The translations under genes were made by a program, and so were the position numbers. This document shows, in pieces, positions 38,505 through 49,030 of a stretch of 64,000 nucleotides of DNA; position 1 is the stretch's first letter; each line of letters starts with the position of its first letter. The notes under the pieces were generated by a model. That model had not been told where the DNA came from. It ran no database searches and saw nothing but the letters and a program-made list of their open reading frames with translations. Origin of the DNA: Gammaproteobacteria bacterium (GTDB lineage: Bacteria; Pseudomonadota; Gammaproteobacteria; UBA4575); assembly GCA_965222615.1 (NCBI GenBank), contig CBDCUI010000008.1:1-64000 (forward strand), written 5' to 3'.

Positions 38505-39449
38505 ATGTTATCCCATCGTGTCCAAAATGACCTACAAACACTGCTTCTTATAAGCGGTATGGCGATTCTATTAGGTTTTACCGGATATTTGTTATTTGGA
38601 AAGATAGGCTTGTTTATACTCGTATTAGGCGGTGCGTTTTTAATACTTGCGGGACCAAAAGTGACTCCAAAGTTAGTGTTCCGCATGTACAAAGCAAAAC
38701 CAGTTGCGGTTGAGGAAGATACACAATTATTTAGTATTGTAGAAGAACTGTCGAAAAGAGCTGGACTATCCAAAATTCCACAACTTTATTATATCCCTAG
38801 TAAGATGATAAATGCTTTTGCAACGGGAACACGTGACAATGCGTTAATTGGAGTGACTGAAGGGATCCTGCGCGCACTTAATGGACCAGAAATAGCTGCT
38901 GTTTTAGCCCATGAAATTAGTCATATTCGAAATAATGATATCAGGGTAATGAGTTTGGCAGACACGATCACACGAGTTACACATATATTATCTGGATTAG
39001 GTCAATTGCTCTTACTTTTAAATTTACCTTTAATTATCATGGGCAGGGGCTCCATGTCGTGGGTGGGAATTGCATTGCTGATTTTTGCACCAAATATTGC
39101 AGCTTTAATGCAGCTTGGATTATCAAGAGCGCGAGAATATGACGCGGATTTGGGTGCAGCGGAGCTAACAAAAGACCCGCGTTCACTTGCATTTGCACTA
39201 CAAAAACTAGAGCGCTTGCATGCAGGGGTATTACAAAGAATCATGTTGCCTGGACACAAAATTCCAGAGCCGTCTTTATTACGCACGCATCCACATACAC
39301 ATGATCGAATTGAGCGCCTAATGCAAATTGAAAAAGATTTATATCAACAACAACCCATGCTTACGCGCACAGATGGTTGGCATGCTGGTATTCTACCTGC
39401 TACCGAAACTAGGCGACCGCGTTGGCACATGAACGGTCTGTGGTTTTGA
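38505..39449 (+). CDS. htpX: M48 zinc metalloprotease HtpX-like
   Basis: NAFATG, AHEISH, SRAREYDAD, THP...RI. Confidence 0.85.
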   Translation: MLSHRVQNDLQTLLLISGMAILLGFTGYLLFGKIGLFILVLGGAFLILAGPKVTPKLVFRMYKAKPVAVEEDTQLFSIVEELSKRAGLSKIPQLYYIPSKMINAFATGTRDNALIGVTEGILRALNGPEIAAVLAHEISHIRNNDIRVMSLADTITRVTHILSGLGQLLLLLNLPLIIMGRGSMSWVGIALLIFAPNIAALMQLGLSRAREYDADLGAAELTKDPRSLAFALQKLERLHAGVLQRIMLPGHKIPEPSLLRTHPHTHDRIERLMQIEKDLYQQQPMLTRTDGWHAGILPATETRRPRWHMNGLWF

Positions 39450-39477
39450 TGCGTAGTTTTTATAGAGAAAACGATTA

Positions 39478-40068
39478 ATGGATATCAAAGAACGTATAAA
39501 AGAAATATTTACCGTCGAAGCACAAGCGATATCTTCAATACCGATAACCGATGAGTTTGAGCGTGCAGTAAGCTTGCTACAAGATTGTAGTGGTAAGGTA
39601 TTGACGACCGGAATGGGGAAAGCAGGTCATATCGCCAATAAATTTTCCGCAACATTATGTTCTACTGGCACACCGGCTTCGTTTATTCATCCTGGCGAAG
39701 CCGCACACGGCGATTTGGGTTTGATTGAAGAAAATGACGCCATTGTGGCATTTTCTACTAGTGGTAAAACCCGAGAGGTATTAGATTTATTGAATGCTGG
39801 GCGCGAACTTGGCTTGCATACCGTCATCGGTATCACTTCGCATACCGATTCCATATTACGAGAGCTTAGTGATGTAGTCATTGATATGGGTGAAATAAAA
39901 GAGGCATGTCATTTAGAATTGACACCAACTTCTAGCATGGCAGTAATGCTGGCCATTAGTGATGCATTGGCTTTGTTATTGATGGAATTAAAAGGTTTTG
40001 GCAGGCAAGATTTTGGCAAACGCCACCATGGCGGATACTTAGGAGCAAAAGCCCGTAATTCAGATTAG
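39478..40068 (+). CDS. SIS-domain sugar isomerase (KpsF/GutQ-like, no CBS domains)
   Basis: TGMGKAGHI, HPGEAAHGDLG, PTSS, HHGGYLG. Confidence 0.88.
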   Translation: MDIKERIKEIFTVEAQAISSIPITDEFERAVSLLQDCSGKVLTTGMGKAGHIANKFSATLCSTGTPASFIHPGEAAHGDLGLIEENDAIVAFSTSGKTREVLDLLNAGRELGLHTVIGITSHTDSILRELSDVVIDMGEIKEACHLELTPTSSMAVMLAISDALALLLMELKGFGRQDFGKRHHGGYLGAKARNSD

Positions 40069-40203
40069 GAGAGCTCTGATTTATTCTGATACTTTGTTAA
40101 AAAATGTCTCAAAATACTCGTTTACTAGTGTGTAAACTCCGTTTTTTCGACATTTTTTGCCTCGTCTCAGTCGCTTTCTCGCTAAGAAATCAGAGCCTCC
40201 ATA
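40066..40203 (+). repeat. palindromic MITE-like repeat
   Basis: Terminal IR GGAGAGCTCTGATTT/AAATCAGAGCCTCC. Core CTCGTTTAC-N-GTAAACTCCG. Confidence 0.75.
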
Positions 40204-40276
40204 GGTTTCCGTAGGCTTCTATAGACTTTCATAGAGTAAGATGGATTTTATATTATAAAAAGCAGAGGTACATACC

Positions 40277-40843
40277 ATGCTAAATAAATTATATCTTTTA
40301 TTAGTGCTTGTATTAGTTATTAGTTTTTCTAACGGATATGCGGAAACCATCAATAAAGTTTCAATTAAAGAAGTTGCAGAGTGTTCGGGAAATAAGTTAA
40401 CTTTAAACGGCGCAGGGGTAAGAAAAAAATTATTTATTAAACTTTATGTCGCGAGTTTATATGTTGAAAGTAAAACGGATCAAGCAGAACAATTATTAGA
40501 ATTAAATCAACCAGTATGTATACACTTACATATAACTTCGGGGAAAATTACTGCCGAAAAAATGATTAAAGCCACTCGAGAGGGTTTTGAAAAATCTACA
40601 CAGGGCAATACAACACCTATTGAAAAAGAAATTGAGACATTTCTAAGTTGGTTAAAGCAACCTATAAAAAAAGGAGATGTATTTGAGTTTTCATTTATCC
40701 CGCAAGACTCAACAATTGTTTCGAAAAACGACAAATTCCTAGGGGAAGTTAATAATAAAGAGTTTTCGGCTGCATTATTTGCAATTTGGTTAGGGGATGA
40801 TCCAGTGCAAGTTGATTTAAAAAATAAATTGTTGGGCAAATAA
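40277..40843 (+). CDS. chalcone isomerase-like exported protein
   Basis: LNGAGVRKKLFIKLYVASLY, ALFAIWLG..PV. Confidence 0.88.
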   Translation: MLNKLYLLLVLVLVISFSNGYAETINKVSIKEVAECSGNKLTLNGAGVRKKLFIKLYVASLYVESKTDQAEQLLELNQPVCIHLHITSGKITAEKMIKATREGFEKSTQGNTTPIEKEIETFLSWLKQPIKKGDVFEFSFIPQDSTIVSKNDKFLGEVNNKEFSAALFAIWLGDDPVQVDLKNKLLGK

Positions 40844-40855
40844 TAAAAATATCAT

Positions 40856-41353
40856 ATGCATCGGCTCCTTGTTCTCATACGGCATGCCAAGTCAAGTTGG
40901 GACGAAGTTGGTTTACAAGACTTTGACCGACCTTTAAATAAGCGTGGGCAAAAGAATGCTCCGGAAATGGGTCAGCGTTTAGCGGCTAAGAATTTTACTA
41001 CAGATATTATAATCTCGAGTCCAGCAAAGCGTGCCATTACAACAGCAAAATTAATCGCGACTGAAATCGATTTTGATAGGAAAAAAATAATCCAACAAGC
41101 CGAAATTTATGAAGCAGGACTAAATACTTTAGTAAATGTCGTTTCTACAATAGATGATAAATATCACCGTGCTGTTTTGGTGGGCCATAACCCGAGCTTT
41201 ACTTATTTATGTAATTACTTAAGTGATGCAGAGCTCGACAATATACCAACTTGTGGTATAGCGCATATTCAATTTGATGTGGAAGCCTGGAGTGATATTA
41301 CTCAACATGCCGGTAAAATAATTGAATTCGATTTCCCTAAAAATAAGAAGTAA
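40856..41353 (+). CDS. sixA: SixA-family histidine phosphatase
   Basis: RHAKS, DFDRPL..RG, SSPA.RA..TA, VGHNP. Confidence 0.88.
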   Translation: MHRLLVLIRHAKSSWDEVGLQDFDRPLNKRGQKNAPEMGQRLAAKNFTTDIIISSPAKRAITTAKLIATEIDFDRKKIIQQAEIYEAGLNTLVNVVSTIDDKYHRAVLVGHNPSFTYLCNYLSDAELDNIPTCGIAHIQFDVEAWSDITQHAGKIIEFDFPKNKK

Positions 41354-41355
41354 GA

Positions 41356-42087
41356 ATGCCAAGATCTCCGAAGCCAAAATTTACATCATTTGATTTGCTT
41401 AGCGGCCGTGTCATTGCTAAGAAATATGAAATCGTTTCTAAGCTTGGAGGTGGTTGGGAAGGCGAAGTATATAAAATAGTTGAGGCTGGTTCAGGTATTG
41501 AACGAGCGGCTAAGTTTTTTTATCCACATCGCAATGTAAATAATAAAACTGCAAAATTTAATGCCAAAAAGCTGCACAAATTACGGCAGTGTCCCATTCT
41601 GATTCAATACCACACTAAAGAAAATTTTGTGTTTAAAAGAATACCAGTAACGGTTCTTATCTCAGAATATGTAGAAGGGCAATTACTTTCAGAATTTATA
41701 AAAAGTTTTCCTGGCAAGCGGCTAACACCTTATCAAGCTTTACATCTTTTATATGCGCTGACTACAGGTATTGAATGTATCCATAGTATGAATGAGTATC
41801 ATGGTGATCTTCATTCAGACAATATCATTGTCAATAAATTTGGTTTGGAGTTTGAGTTAAAGCTGGTTGATTTATTTTCTGCAAAAGAACCTAAACGGGA
41901 AAGCCGAAAGTTTGATATCTTGACACTTATTCAAGTTTTCCATGAAGCACTTGGTGGTGCAAAGCATTATGCAAAACAACCAGATGCAATTAAATATATA
42001 TGTTGTGGTTTGAAATCTAGTCTGATTCTAAAAAAGTTTAAAACGGTAGGTCAATTGCGTCGCCATATTGAAAATATGGATTGGTAG
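41356..42087 (+). CDS. stand-alone Ser/Thr kinase-like protein
   Basis: LGGGWEGEVY, AAKF, HGDLHSDN, VDLF. Confidence 0.85.
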   Translation: MPRSPKPKFTSFDLLSGRVIAKKYEIVSKLGGGWEGEVYKIVEAGSGIERAAKFFYPHRNVNNKTAKFNAKKLHKLRQCPILIQYHTKENFVFKRIPVTVLISEYVEGQLLSEFIKSFPGKRLTPYQALHLLYALTTGIECIHSMNEYHGDLHSDNIIVNKFGLEFELKLVDLFSAKEPKRESRKFDILTLIQVFHEALGGAKHYAKQPDAIKYICCGLKSSLILKKFKTVGQLRRHIENMDW

Positions 42088-42142
42088 ACAGTGAGACTGT
42101 GATTTATCTCAAATTATCGACAACACTAATGGAAGATAAAAA

Positions 42143-42541
42143 ATGGCACTAGAAACTGAAGTAGTTAAGGCTTATTTTGATGCATGGAATGCTCACGATA
42201 CACAAGCTATTCTGAATACATTTACTAGTGAAGGTGTGTACAGTGATCCAATAGGAGGTCAAAATTTATTTGGGGATAACTACGTTGACTATGCAAACAG
42301 TTTATTCAATGCGTTCCTGGATTTGAGATTGGAGTTAATTGCTAACACTGTGGCTAGTAACGGTATGGTGGCTGCTCCTTGGTTGCTATTCGGCACTCAC
42401 CAAGGGCCGGTTGGAGATCTTCAACCTACAGGGCGTGAAATTACACTTCCAGGCTGTGATTTTATATCGATTGAAAATGGAAAAATAAAGGAAGTGCGAG
42501 GATATTTTGATCCTGATTTTTTATTTAGCCAGTTGAAGTAA
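42143..42541 (+). CDS. SnoaL-like ester cyclase
   Basis: YFDAWNAHD, GTHQG...PTGR...PGCD, RGYFD. Confidence 0.88.
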   Translation: MALETEVVKAYFDAWNAHDTQAILNTFTSEGVYSDPIGGQNLFGDNYVDYANSLFNAFLDLRLELIANTVASNGMVAAPWLLFGTHQGPVGDLQPTGREITLPGCDFISIENGKIKEVRGYFDPDFLFSQLK

Positions 42542-42729
42542 CAAACTATCTTTGGAATTGTTTGGATCGAAATAGATAAGCGAAAACAAGGATGGCACTA
42601 CATGCTTGTTGGTACGATTGTGGTTAAACGAGTCATTCGAAATCAGACAAAGTGAGTGCCTAAAAAGCTTTTTTAGTACACATTTATGTTCTCTAGACAT
42701 AGTCTTAATCGAATGTCGAAATAATTTAT

Positions 42730-42755
42730 AAAGCCCCATTACTATGGGGTCTTTT
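42730..42755. terminator. possible terminator
   Basis: AAAGCCCCAT..ATGGGGTCTTTT. Confidence 0.45.
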
Positions 42756-42875
42756 CGTCTAGAAATTGAGATGATTATTACAAAATGCGACACATAAAAA
42801 GACTTATAATCAGCAAATTAATAAAAATACGGCTTTAATTCATTGACGAATTATATAAGTTCTTAGGGAGGAGAA

Positions 42876-43091
42876 ATGCCAAACGCAAGCCAGTGTTCAG
42901 ATGGCCGACATGCAGATAAATTAAATCAAGAGTGGAAACTAGTTGTAGATTATCGAGCTACTAGCCGAGGTGCGGATTCACTTGCTTATAAAAACGCGTT
43001 AATGAAAGCATCAGCAATTAAGAATCAAGTCATGATTCGAAGCTATAGAAAGCATAGCTACATTTATTGGGAAGTGTGGGAATATAGGTAA
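42876..43091 (+). CDS. small hypothetical protein
   Basis: Strong RBS GGGAGGAG immediately upstream of ATG; 71 aa. Confidence 0.55.
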   Translation: MPNASQCSDGRHADKLNQEWKLVVDYRATSRGADSLAYKNALMKASAIKNQVMIRSYRKHSYIYWEVWEYR

Positions 43092-43167
43092 ACTTAGTGA
43101 ATAATATGATAACGTGATGTAATTTAAGTGATCACGTTCGTTAGAAAGTAGTTTTAGCAAAAATTGT

Positions 43168-43911
43168 TTACCAATAACTTTCTGTTGTAATCTGACCAGG
43201 GCTTCTACGTAAATTTTTCTTTAGACCTTTTTTTGTTAATGCCTTGCGAGTATCGACAAGCATATCTGGATTACCGCAAATCATGACTTGAGAATTTTCA
43301 GGAGTGATTTTAATTTTTACTTTTTCCTCAAGCGTGTCATTTTTAATAGCCGCTGGTATGCGTCCACTCAATGCAAAATCAGTAGTTTCACGACTTACAA
43401 AAGGCACTATCTGAAAACGTTTTGCATGCTCGTCAAGAAAAGTTTGAATAGTATCTTGATAGGTTAGTTCTTTTGTAAACCGCACAGCGTGTACTAGCAC
43501 AATGTTTTCAAAGCGATTCCAAACCTCATCTGATTTTAGAATCGACAAAAATGGGCCAATCCCCGTTCCGGTTGCCAGCATCCACATATCTCTACCATCT
43601 GGCACCTCGTTTAAAGTAAAAAAACCATTAACACGCTTGTCGATCCAAATAGAGTCACCGGCTTGTAATTCTGATAATCTTGGAGATAACGGTCCTTCAG
43701 AAACGGTAATGGAATAAAATTCATATGCAGTTTCATGTGGCGCGTTTACGAAAGAATAGGGACGTCCCACTATTTGCCCTTCAATATCTAATCCAAGACG
43801 ACCATACTGACCTGCTATAAATGGATCGATGTTTGCTTCTATACGCAGTGAATAAAGAAGATCAGTCCAGTGTTTATTCTCAATTACCTTTCCTTGAACC
43901 CAATTGCTCAT
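43168..43911 (-). CDS. fpr: ferredoxin--NADP+ reductase
   Basis: RPYSF, GPLSPRL, LATGTGIGPF, ICGNPDM, terminal ESYW. Confidence 0.95.
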   Translation of the reverse strand: MSNWVQGKVIENKHWTDLLYSLRIEANIDPFIAGQYGRLGLDIEGQIVGRPYSFVNAPHETAYEFYSITVSEGPLSPRLSELQAGDSIWIDKRVNGFFTLNEVPDGRDMWMLATGTGIGPFLSILKSDEVWNRFENIVLVHAVRFTKELTYQDTIQTFLDEHAKRFQIVPFVSRETTDFALSGRIPAAIKNDTLEEKVKIKITPENSQVMICGNPDMLVDTRKALTKKGLKKNLRRSPGQITTESYW

Positions 43912-44021
43912 TAGATTTATTACTTTAAAAATTTAGCCTGCACGCAACATAGAGGTGCATTAAGTAAAAATCAACTATTCACGCCTAGATAGATAGGCGT
44001 GAATAGTACGAATAATATTAA

Positions 44022-44669
44022 TTATTTACTTGCTGGGAGATTTATATCAGGTGGGCTAGCGGGTTTGCCACTGAATAAATTTATAAAGAAGTTGAATATG
44101 CGTTTTACACCACGCCACAATTTTGGCAATAACCAAATTGCTAGTATTAAGAACAATACAAGTAATGCAATAAACACATACGGGTGTTGAATTGAAGCCC
44201 AAATTCCTGCAAACACGGCAATATCCTCAAGAATTGAAGCGGTCCAATTCGTTACTGGTTCGGGCGAGGTATTGATCATTACACGGCTACCCGTTTTTGT
44301 GAAATGACTTCCGGCAGCAATACTACCTCCGACAATTGCTGCGGCTAATTCAGCTGCAGGTTGTACGTCACCAATGGCACCGGCAGCGAGTAACGCACCT
44401 GCTGGTATTCTTACAAAAGTGTGTAAAGTATCCCATCCGGTATCCACGCCAGGGACTTTATCCGCAAAAAATTCGACTGCATACATCAAGCCAGCCGCAC
44501 CCAGTACCAATGGATCTCCTACCACTTGCAAGTCTGCAGGTAGCTCAACATAACCGGTGTTAGACATGATGCCCAATGCCAATAAGGTACCATAGAGATT
44601 GATACCACTTGCCCATGCGACACCCATGGTTAAGGCAATGGTTTGTGCTAGTGTTGAAAATTCGTCCAA
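44022..44669 (-). CDS. DUF4126 membrane protein
   Basis: WASGINLY, EFFADKVPGVD..WD, NTSPEP...SILED. Confidence 0.88.
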   Translation of the reverse strand: MDEFSTLAQTIALTMGVAWASGINLYGTLLALGIMSNTGYVELPADLQVVGDPLVLGAAGLMYAVEFFADKVPGVDTGWDTLHTFVRIPAGALLAAGAIGDVQPAAELAAAIVGGSIAAGSHFTKTGSRVMINTSPEPVTNWTASILEDIAVFAGIWASIQHPYVFIALLVLFLILAIWLLPKLWRGVKRIFNFFINLFSGKPASPPDINLPASK

Positions 44670-44818
44670 ATCGAATACCCCTTACATATGACAGTACTTA
44701 TTTGACCATAGAAGTTATGAAGAGTGCCCTGGATACAGTAGCTTACATTAAAAAATAAGCGGTTAAAAAGAGTAAATTTATCAAGGAAAAGCTTGAAAAA
44801 GGGCTTCTTCGCCCCCAT

Positions 44819-45154
44819 TTATTCTGCATTTATTGCCTCTAGGTAGAGCTCGATTCGGTCTTGTATTACACGCACAGGATAACGTTTCAATGGTTCGGTA
44901 GCAGGTTCTTCGATAGGTTTGCCAGTACGTACACTGAAGCGGCTGCCATGCAAAGTGCAACTAATCAGTTCACCTTTAAGACAACCAAGTGATAAAGAAG
45001 AGTCTTCATGAGTACACATATCGTCAACGGCATATATTTTGTTTTCAACATTGGCCAGTAAGATATCGCCACTACTTGTAGTAATTTTTAGTGTTTGACC
45101 AGAGGGGATATCTGATAATGATGCTACCTCAATGTATTTTAATTTAGAGCCCAT
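44819..45154 (-). CDS. Rieske-type ferredoxin
   Basis: CTH...CTLHGSRF. Confidence 0.92.
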   Translation of the reverse strand: MGSKLKYIEVASLSDIPSGQTLKITTSSGDILLANVENKIYAVDDMCTHEDSSLSLGCLKGELISCTLHGSRFSVRTGKPIEEPATEPLKRYPVRVIQDRIELYLEAINAE

Positions 45155-45195
45155 AGTTAAAAGGATGGAAGTTGGTAAACTGACATTTGTTAATC

Positions 45196-45435
45196 ATGCC
45201 GTACTTTGTTTATAAAATCACATCAGGCTCCACAGGAGCCATCAAAGAACTTGAGTTCATTGAAAAATATGATGAGTTCAAGCAAGCAAAAAAATTTGCT
45301 AGAGAAAAGCGTTCTCAAATGGAGCTGGATAACAGAATAGCAATTAAAATGATCTTTGCAGAAGACGAGTTAGAAGCTGAGCAAAGACTTCGTGAGCCAA
45401 GGAATGCGCCAATCTTGAGAGAATGGGAAAAATGA
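45196..45435 (+). CDS. hypothetical protein
   Basis: MPYFVYKI... ORF; start placed at the ATG. Confidence 0.7.
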   Translation: MPYFVYKITSGSTGAIKELEFIEKYDEFKQAKKFAREKRSQMELDNRIAIKMIFAEDELEAEQRLREPRNAPILREWEK

Positions 45436-45444
45436 TTTTATCTA

Positions 45445-45906
45445 ATGGATGAACATCAATACAGATCTACTTATCATTCCATTAACCCAGATCGCTGTGT
45501 ATTTGAAAAAGCTATAAATTCAAGAGTTTGTAATTGCAATAAAGCACAACGTTTTAATCTTGCAGATCGTGAAGGTGTTGCGTGTAATTCCAAACAAGGG
45601 CGACAACGTTGTAGTGTTTTGATCTCTCGATTACACAGCAATGCAAGGTTTGTTTTTCAACACGTAGAAATAAATCAAATACCGGCTCATACTGAAGAGA
45701 TTAAAATACAAAATGGCGGACTGTTAGGGCTACAATCTCTAGTTAGTAATAGCAATCAAGGTGTGAAGGATATAGATAGCCTGTTAGATGATTTAGTAAG
45801 CGAGTATAAAAACCTAAAAAAACTTCCTTACTCAAAACTTATGCAGTTTATATCTAATTACCAACTTCGCCCTAGACGGAACAGATTGAGAAAAAATAAT
45901 CATTAG
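45445..45906 (+). CDS. Cys-containing hypothetical protein
   Basis: CVFEKA, C.C, REGVAC, C; 153 aa. Confidence 0.7.
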   Translation: MDEHQYRSTYHSINPDRCVFEKAINSRVCNCNKAQRFNLADREGVACNSKQGRQRCSVLISRLHSNARFVFQHVEINQIPAHTEEIKIQNGGLLGLQSLVSNSNQGVKDIDSLLDDLVSEYKNLKKLPYSKLMQFISNYQLRPRRNRLRKNNH

Positions 45907-45923
45907 TGAATTAGCTAATTGAA

Positions 45924-46511
45924 GTGGCGAGAACGAAACTAGATCAATTATTAATTAAAGTTCGCTCTTGTCGTGTTTGTGAGCCAGAACTTCCCTTGGG
46001 TGCAAATCCTATTCTACGTGCTAAACGTAGTGCACGAATATTGATAATTGGTCAAGCACCAGGCACAAAAGTACATCATAGTGGTATTCCTTGGAATGAT
46101 CCGAGTGGCAAACGTTTGCGTGAATGGATGAATCTAAACGAAGATGTATTTTATAATGAATCTAAAATTGCAATTATACCGATGGGTTTTTGTTACCCTG
46201 GCAAAGGAAAATCAGGTGACCTTCCACCACGTAAGGAATGTGCAGAACTATGGCATAATAAATTATTAAAGCTTTTGCCCAATATTCAACTTACCTTGCT
46301 CATTGGACAGTATGCACAAAAAAGTTATTTAAATGATCTGGGGCCAACGTTGGCAGAGACTGTAAAAAACTGGAAGAGATATGGCCCGAATTATTTTCCT
46401 TTGCCTCATCCTTCACCTAGAAATATAAGATGGTTTAAAAAAAACAGTTGGTTTGAATCGCAAACTATTCCACAATTACGCAAAAAAGTGTCTTCAATAT
46501 TATCCCAATGA
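45924..46511 (+). CDS. uracil-DNA glycosylase family protein
   Basis: C..C, IGQAPG, WNDPSG, MGFCYPG, LPHPSPRN. Confidence 0.92.
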   Translation: MARTKLDQLLIKVRSCRVCEPELPLGANPILRAKRSARILIIGQAPGTKVHHSGIPWNDPSGKRLREWMNLNEDVFYNESKIAIIPMGFCYPGKGKSGDLPPRKECAELWHNKLLKLLPNIQLTLLIGQYAQKSYLNDLGPTLAETVKNWKRYGPNYFPLPHPSPRNIRWFKKNSWFESQTIPQLRKKVSSILSQ

Positions 46512-46564
46512 TTCTAAATGAGTAAGTGGTTCGCATGTATGCAGTAGGTGTATAGGAGACTTAT

Positions 46565-46957
46565 ATGACAGAAGAAAATACTAAAGTCGAGCATTCCCAA
46601 ATTCTTAGTACAGGCATAGAGAATTATGAAAACTTAAAAGACATAACAACACTAGTTTATGTTTTACAGGCCGTTGCTTTGCTTATTCCACCCACGGCAA
46701 TTGTTGCCGTGATTATCAACTATGTGAAACGCAGTGAGGTAAAAGGCTCGATTTTAGAAAGTCATTTCCGCTGGCAAATTCGAACTTTTTGGTTTTCATT
46801 ACTTTGGTTTGGGCTTGCATCAATTCTTATCTTCACAATTATTGGGGGGATTATTGGATACCCAATACTGGTCGTGGCCTACATTTGGTGGATCTATCGC
46901 GTAGTGAAAGGCTGGCTCAACTTGAATAAAAAACTGCCAATGTATTCGTCTGGATAA
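46565..46957 (+). CDS. DUF4870-like membrane protein
   Basis: VIINYVKR, SHFRWQIRTFW, YRVVKGW. Confidence 0.82.
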   Translation: MTEENTKVEHSQILSTGIENYENLKDITTLVYVLQAVALLIPPTAIVAVIINYVKRSEVKGSILESHFRWQIRTFWFSLLWFGLASILIFTIIGGIIGYPILVVAYIWWIYRVVKGWLNLNKKLPMYSSG

Positions 46958-47368
46958 AAGTTGATTTAATCGCTTTTATAAAAATAAAATTTTTAAAAAA
47001 CAATAAATTATAAAATTATATAGAACATATCTAAATAGGAATATTATAAAATACTAATATAGTACTTATAATTGTCCATAATAAATTTTTAATCTTTACT
47101 TAAGGAATGAGTTATGGACAAACTAATTGGAAAAATCGATGATTTCGTAACATCTCTTTGGATAGAAACCGCAGGACTTACTGTAGTTATGTCCTTGATA
47201 TTTGCGATAGCGATTAATCTTTTTTAAATAAAACCCCTTCTTCATAAAATAAACAATGCCAGTATGGCTCTTCGCTATACTGGCTTTTTTATTTTTAAGC
47301 AAATCAACCAGCTGTATTCCAGTCATATCAAATAAACTGCTTTGATTTTCTGTAGTATTTTCTGTAAG

Positions 47369-47396
47369 GGAACTTGTTTTTGCGATCAGCTTCTAA
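47369..47396 (+). promoter_or_regulatory. RpoE/AlgU-type promoter GGAACTT-N16-TCTAA
   Basis: Matches the sigmaE consensus; 36 bp upstream of 47433. Confidence 0.65.
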
Positions 47397-47432
47397 AATC
47401 ATAGTAGCTACTCCAATACAATACTAATATAT

Positions 47433-48257
47433 ATGAAGCTATTTCCATTTTTAATTGCGGGTTTAGTTTTTGTCTGTAACAACGTGCAGGCAGATACCCT
47501 GTTATTAGCACATGGATATATGGGTTCAAGCCAACAATGGCATCGAGCCGGCATCGTTACACAACTTGACCGCGTAGGTTGGCATCATGCCGGCAACTTA
47601 AATTTAGTTAATGAAGTTGTGCGTGTTCAAAAGCTTGTGCCTTCGGGTATGCGGCGCATGTATACACTAAGCTTTCAAAGTGAGAAATCTATACAAGCTC
47701 AAGCCGAACAAATGCATAAATACGTTGAGCATATTCGACAGCATCATCCAGACGAACAAATAATATTAGTTGGACATTCGGCCGGCGGTGTAGTGGCTAG
47801 ATTGTATATGGTCGAGCAATATCGCGATGACCTTATTGCCTTAATTACTATAGCTAGTCCTCATTTAGGAACGGATAAGGCGGAATACGTAGAGCTATTG
47901 TCACAAAATTTATTTGCTTGGTTAGAGCCAATTCCAGGACTTAACACATTGTATAAATCACAAGGACTTTTTTTTGATCTTATTCCAAATCGATCTGATA
48001 ACTTAATTGGTTGGTTAAACTATCAAGTGCATCCTGCTGCGCAATATTTCTCTATTGTGCGAGAACCAAGCGATGATTCAATTATGGCAAATATCCCGGT
48101 GCAAGATTTTATCGTTCCAACATGGAGTCAAGACATGAATGAAGTATATGCGTTGCGTGGTAGAAGCAAGACTTATCGATTGGGTACAATGCATGGCCTA
48201 AGTAAAAAAGATGGCGAACTGCTACAAAAAATTTTAATAAACTTATATTCGATTTAG
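47433..48257 (+). CDS. exported alpha/beta hydrolase (lipase-like)
   Basis: Signal peptide, AHGY, GHSAGG, ASPHLG. Confidence 0.85.
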   Translation: MKLFPFLIAGLVFVCNNVQADTLLLAHGYMGSSQQWHRAGIVTQLDRVGWHHAGNLNLVNEVVRVQKLVPSGMRRMYTLSFQSEKSIQAQAEQMHKYVEHIRQHHPDEQIILVGHSAGGVVARLYMVEQYRDDLIALITIASPHLGTDKAEYVELLSQNLFAWLEPIPGLNTLYKSQGLFFDLIPNRSDNLIGWLNYQVHPAAQYFSIVREPSDDSIMANIPVQDFIVPTWSQDMNEVYALRGRSKTYRLGTMHGLSKKDGELLQKILINLYSI

Positions 48258-48261
48258 CATT

Positions 48262-48795
48262 ATGAAAAATTATATTTATTATTTAGTAATTGGAATTACT
48301 TTTTTTGTAATTTCTATATTCAATACTGGGTGTGTATCTTCAGACCAAGCGCAAACTAAAAATAATGTAAATCTTGAGGTTGTAGAAACCCCTGCATCAT
48401 TTGCTTTGCAAGAGCGATTTATTAGCAAACTTAATCAATTGCGAGCTGAAGGTAGAAAGTGTGGTGATCAATATTTTCCCGCAGCAAAGCCCCTGAAAGT
48501 AAATAAGCGTTTAACGCAAACTGCCTATCAGCATTCTAAAGACATGTCCGAGCACCAGTTTTTGGATCATCATAGTTCTGATGGTGACACTTTAGTAGAA
48601 CGTTTAGAGGAAGCTGATTATAAATGGCGCACTGCAGGAGAAAATGTTGCGCATAATCAACGCAGCATAGAAGAAGTTTTAGAAGATTGGTTGAGTAGCC
48701 CTGGACATTGCAGCAATATGATGTCTGCGGAATATAACCAGACAGGGATTGCACAAGTAAATTGGTATTGGACGCAGGTATACGCTAAGCCGTGA
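48262..48795 (+). CDS. CAP/SCP domain lipoprotein
   Basis: HSKDM, GENVA, WLSSPGHCSNMM, YWTQ. Confidence 0.92.
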   Translation: MKNYIYYLVIGITFFVISIFNTGCVSSDQAQTKNNVNLEVVETPASFALQERFISKLNQLRAEGRKCGDQYFPAAKPLKVNKRLTQTAYQHSKDMSEHQFLDHHSSDGDTLVERLEEADYKWRTAGENVAHNQRSIEEVLEDWLSSPGHCSNMMSAEYNQTGIAQVNWYWTQVYAKP

Positions 48796-49030
48796 ATGGC
48801 ATATGTGTTCAACACATAGATTGCATTTATCAAAATACAAATTTGCTAGGGTCGTTTATTATTAGTTTTTCCTACATATAATTTGACTGCATCGTTCTAA
48901 ACGCCGGTCGCTATTGATTAAGGGGCTGTATATTTTAATTAATTAGCTGCTCGATATACATTTAAAGTACTAGATATTGTTTATTTGAAAAGATAAACTT
49001 TTCTATAGCTGTAACATTACTGGGGGCCGC

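Noticed and set aside
45187-45906. TGA read-through (Sec) fusing 45187..45435 with the in-frame 45445..45906
   Set aside because: The TGA is not in a redox-motif context, no SECIS-like hairpin is evident, and the second ORF has its own ATG.
47123-47326. 67-aa minus-strand ORF
   Set aside because: In a very AT-rich stretch with no recognisable motif; cannot be supported as a gene.
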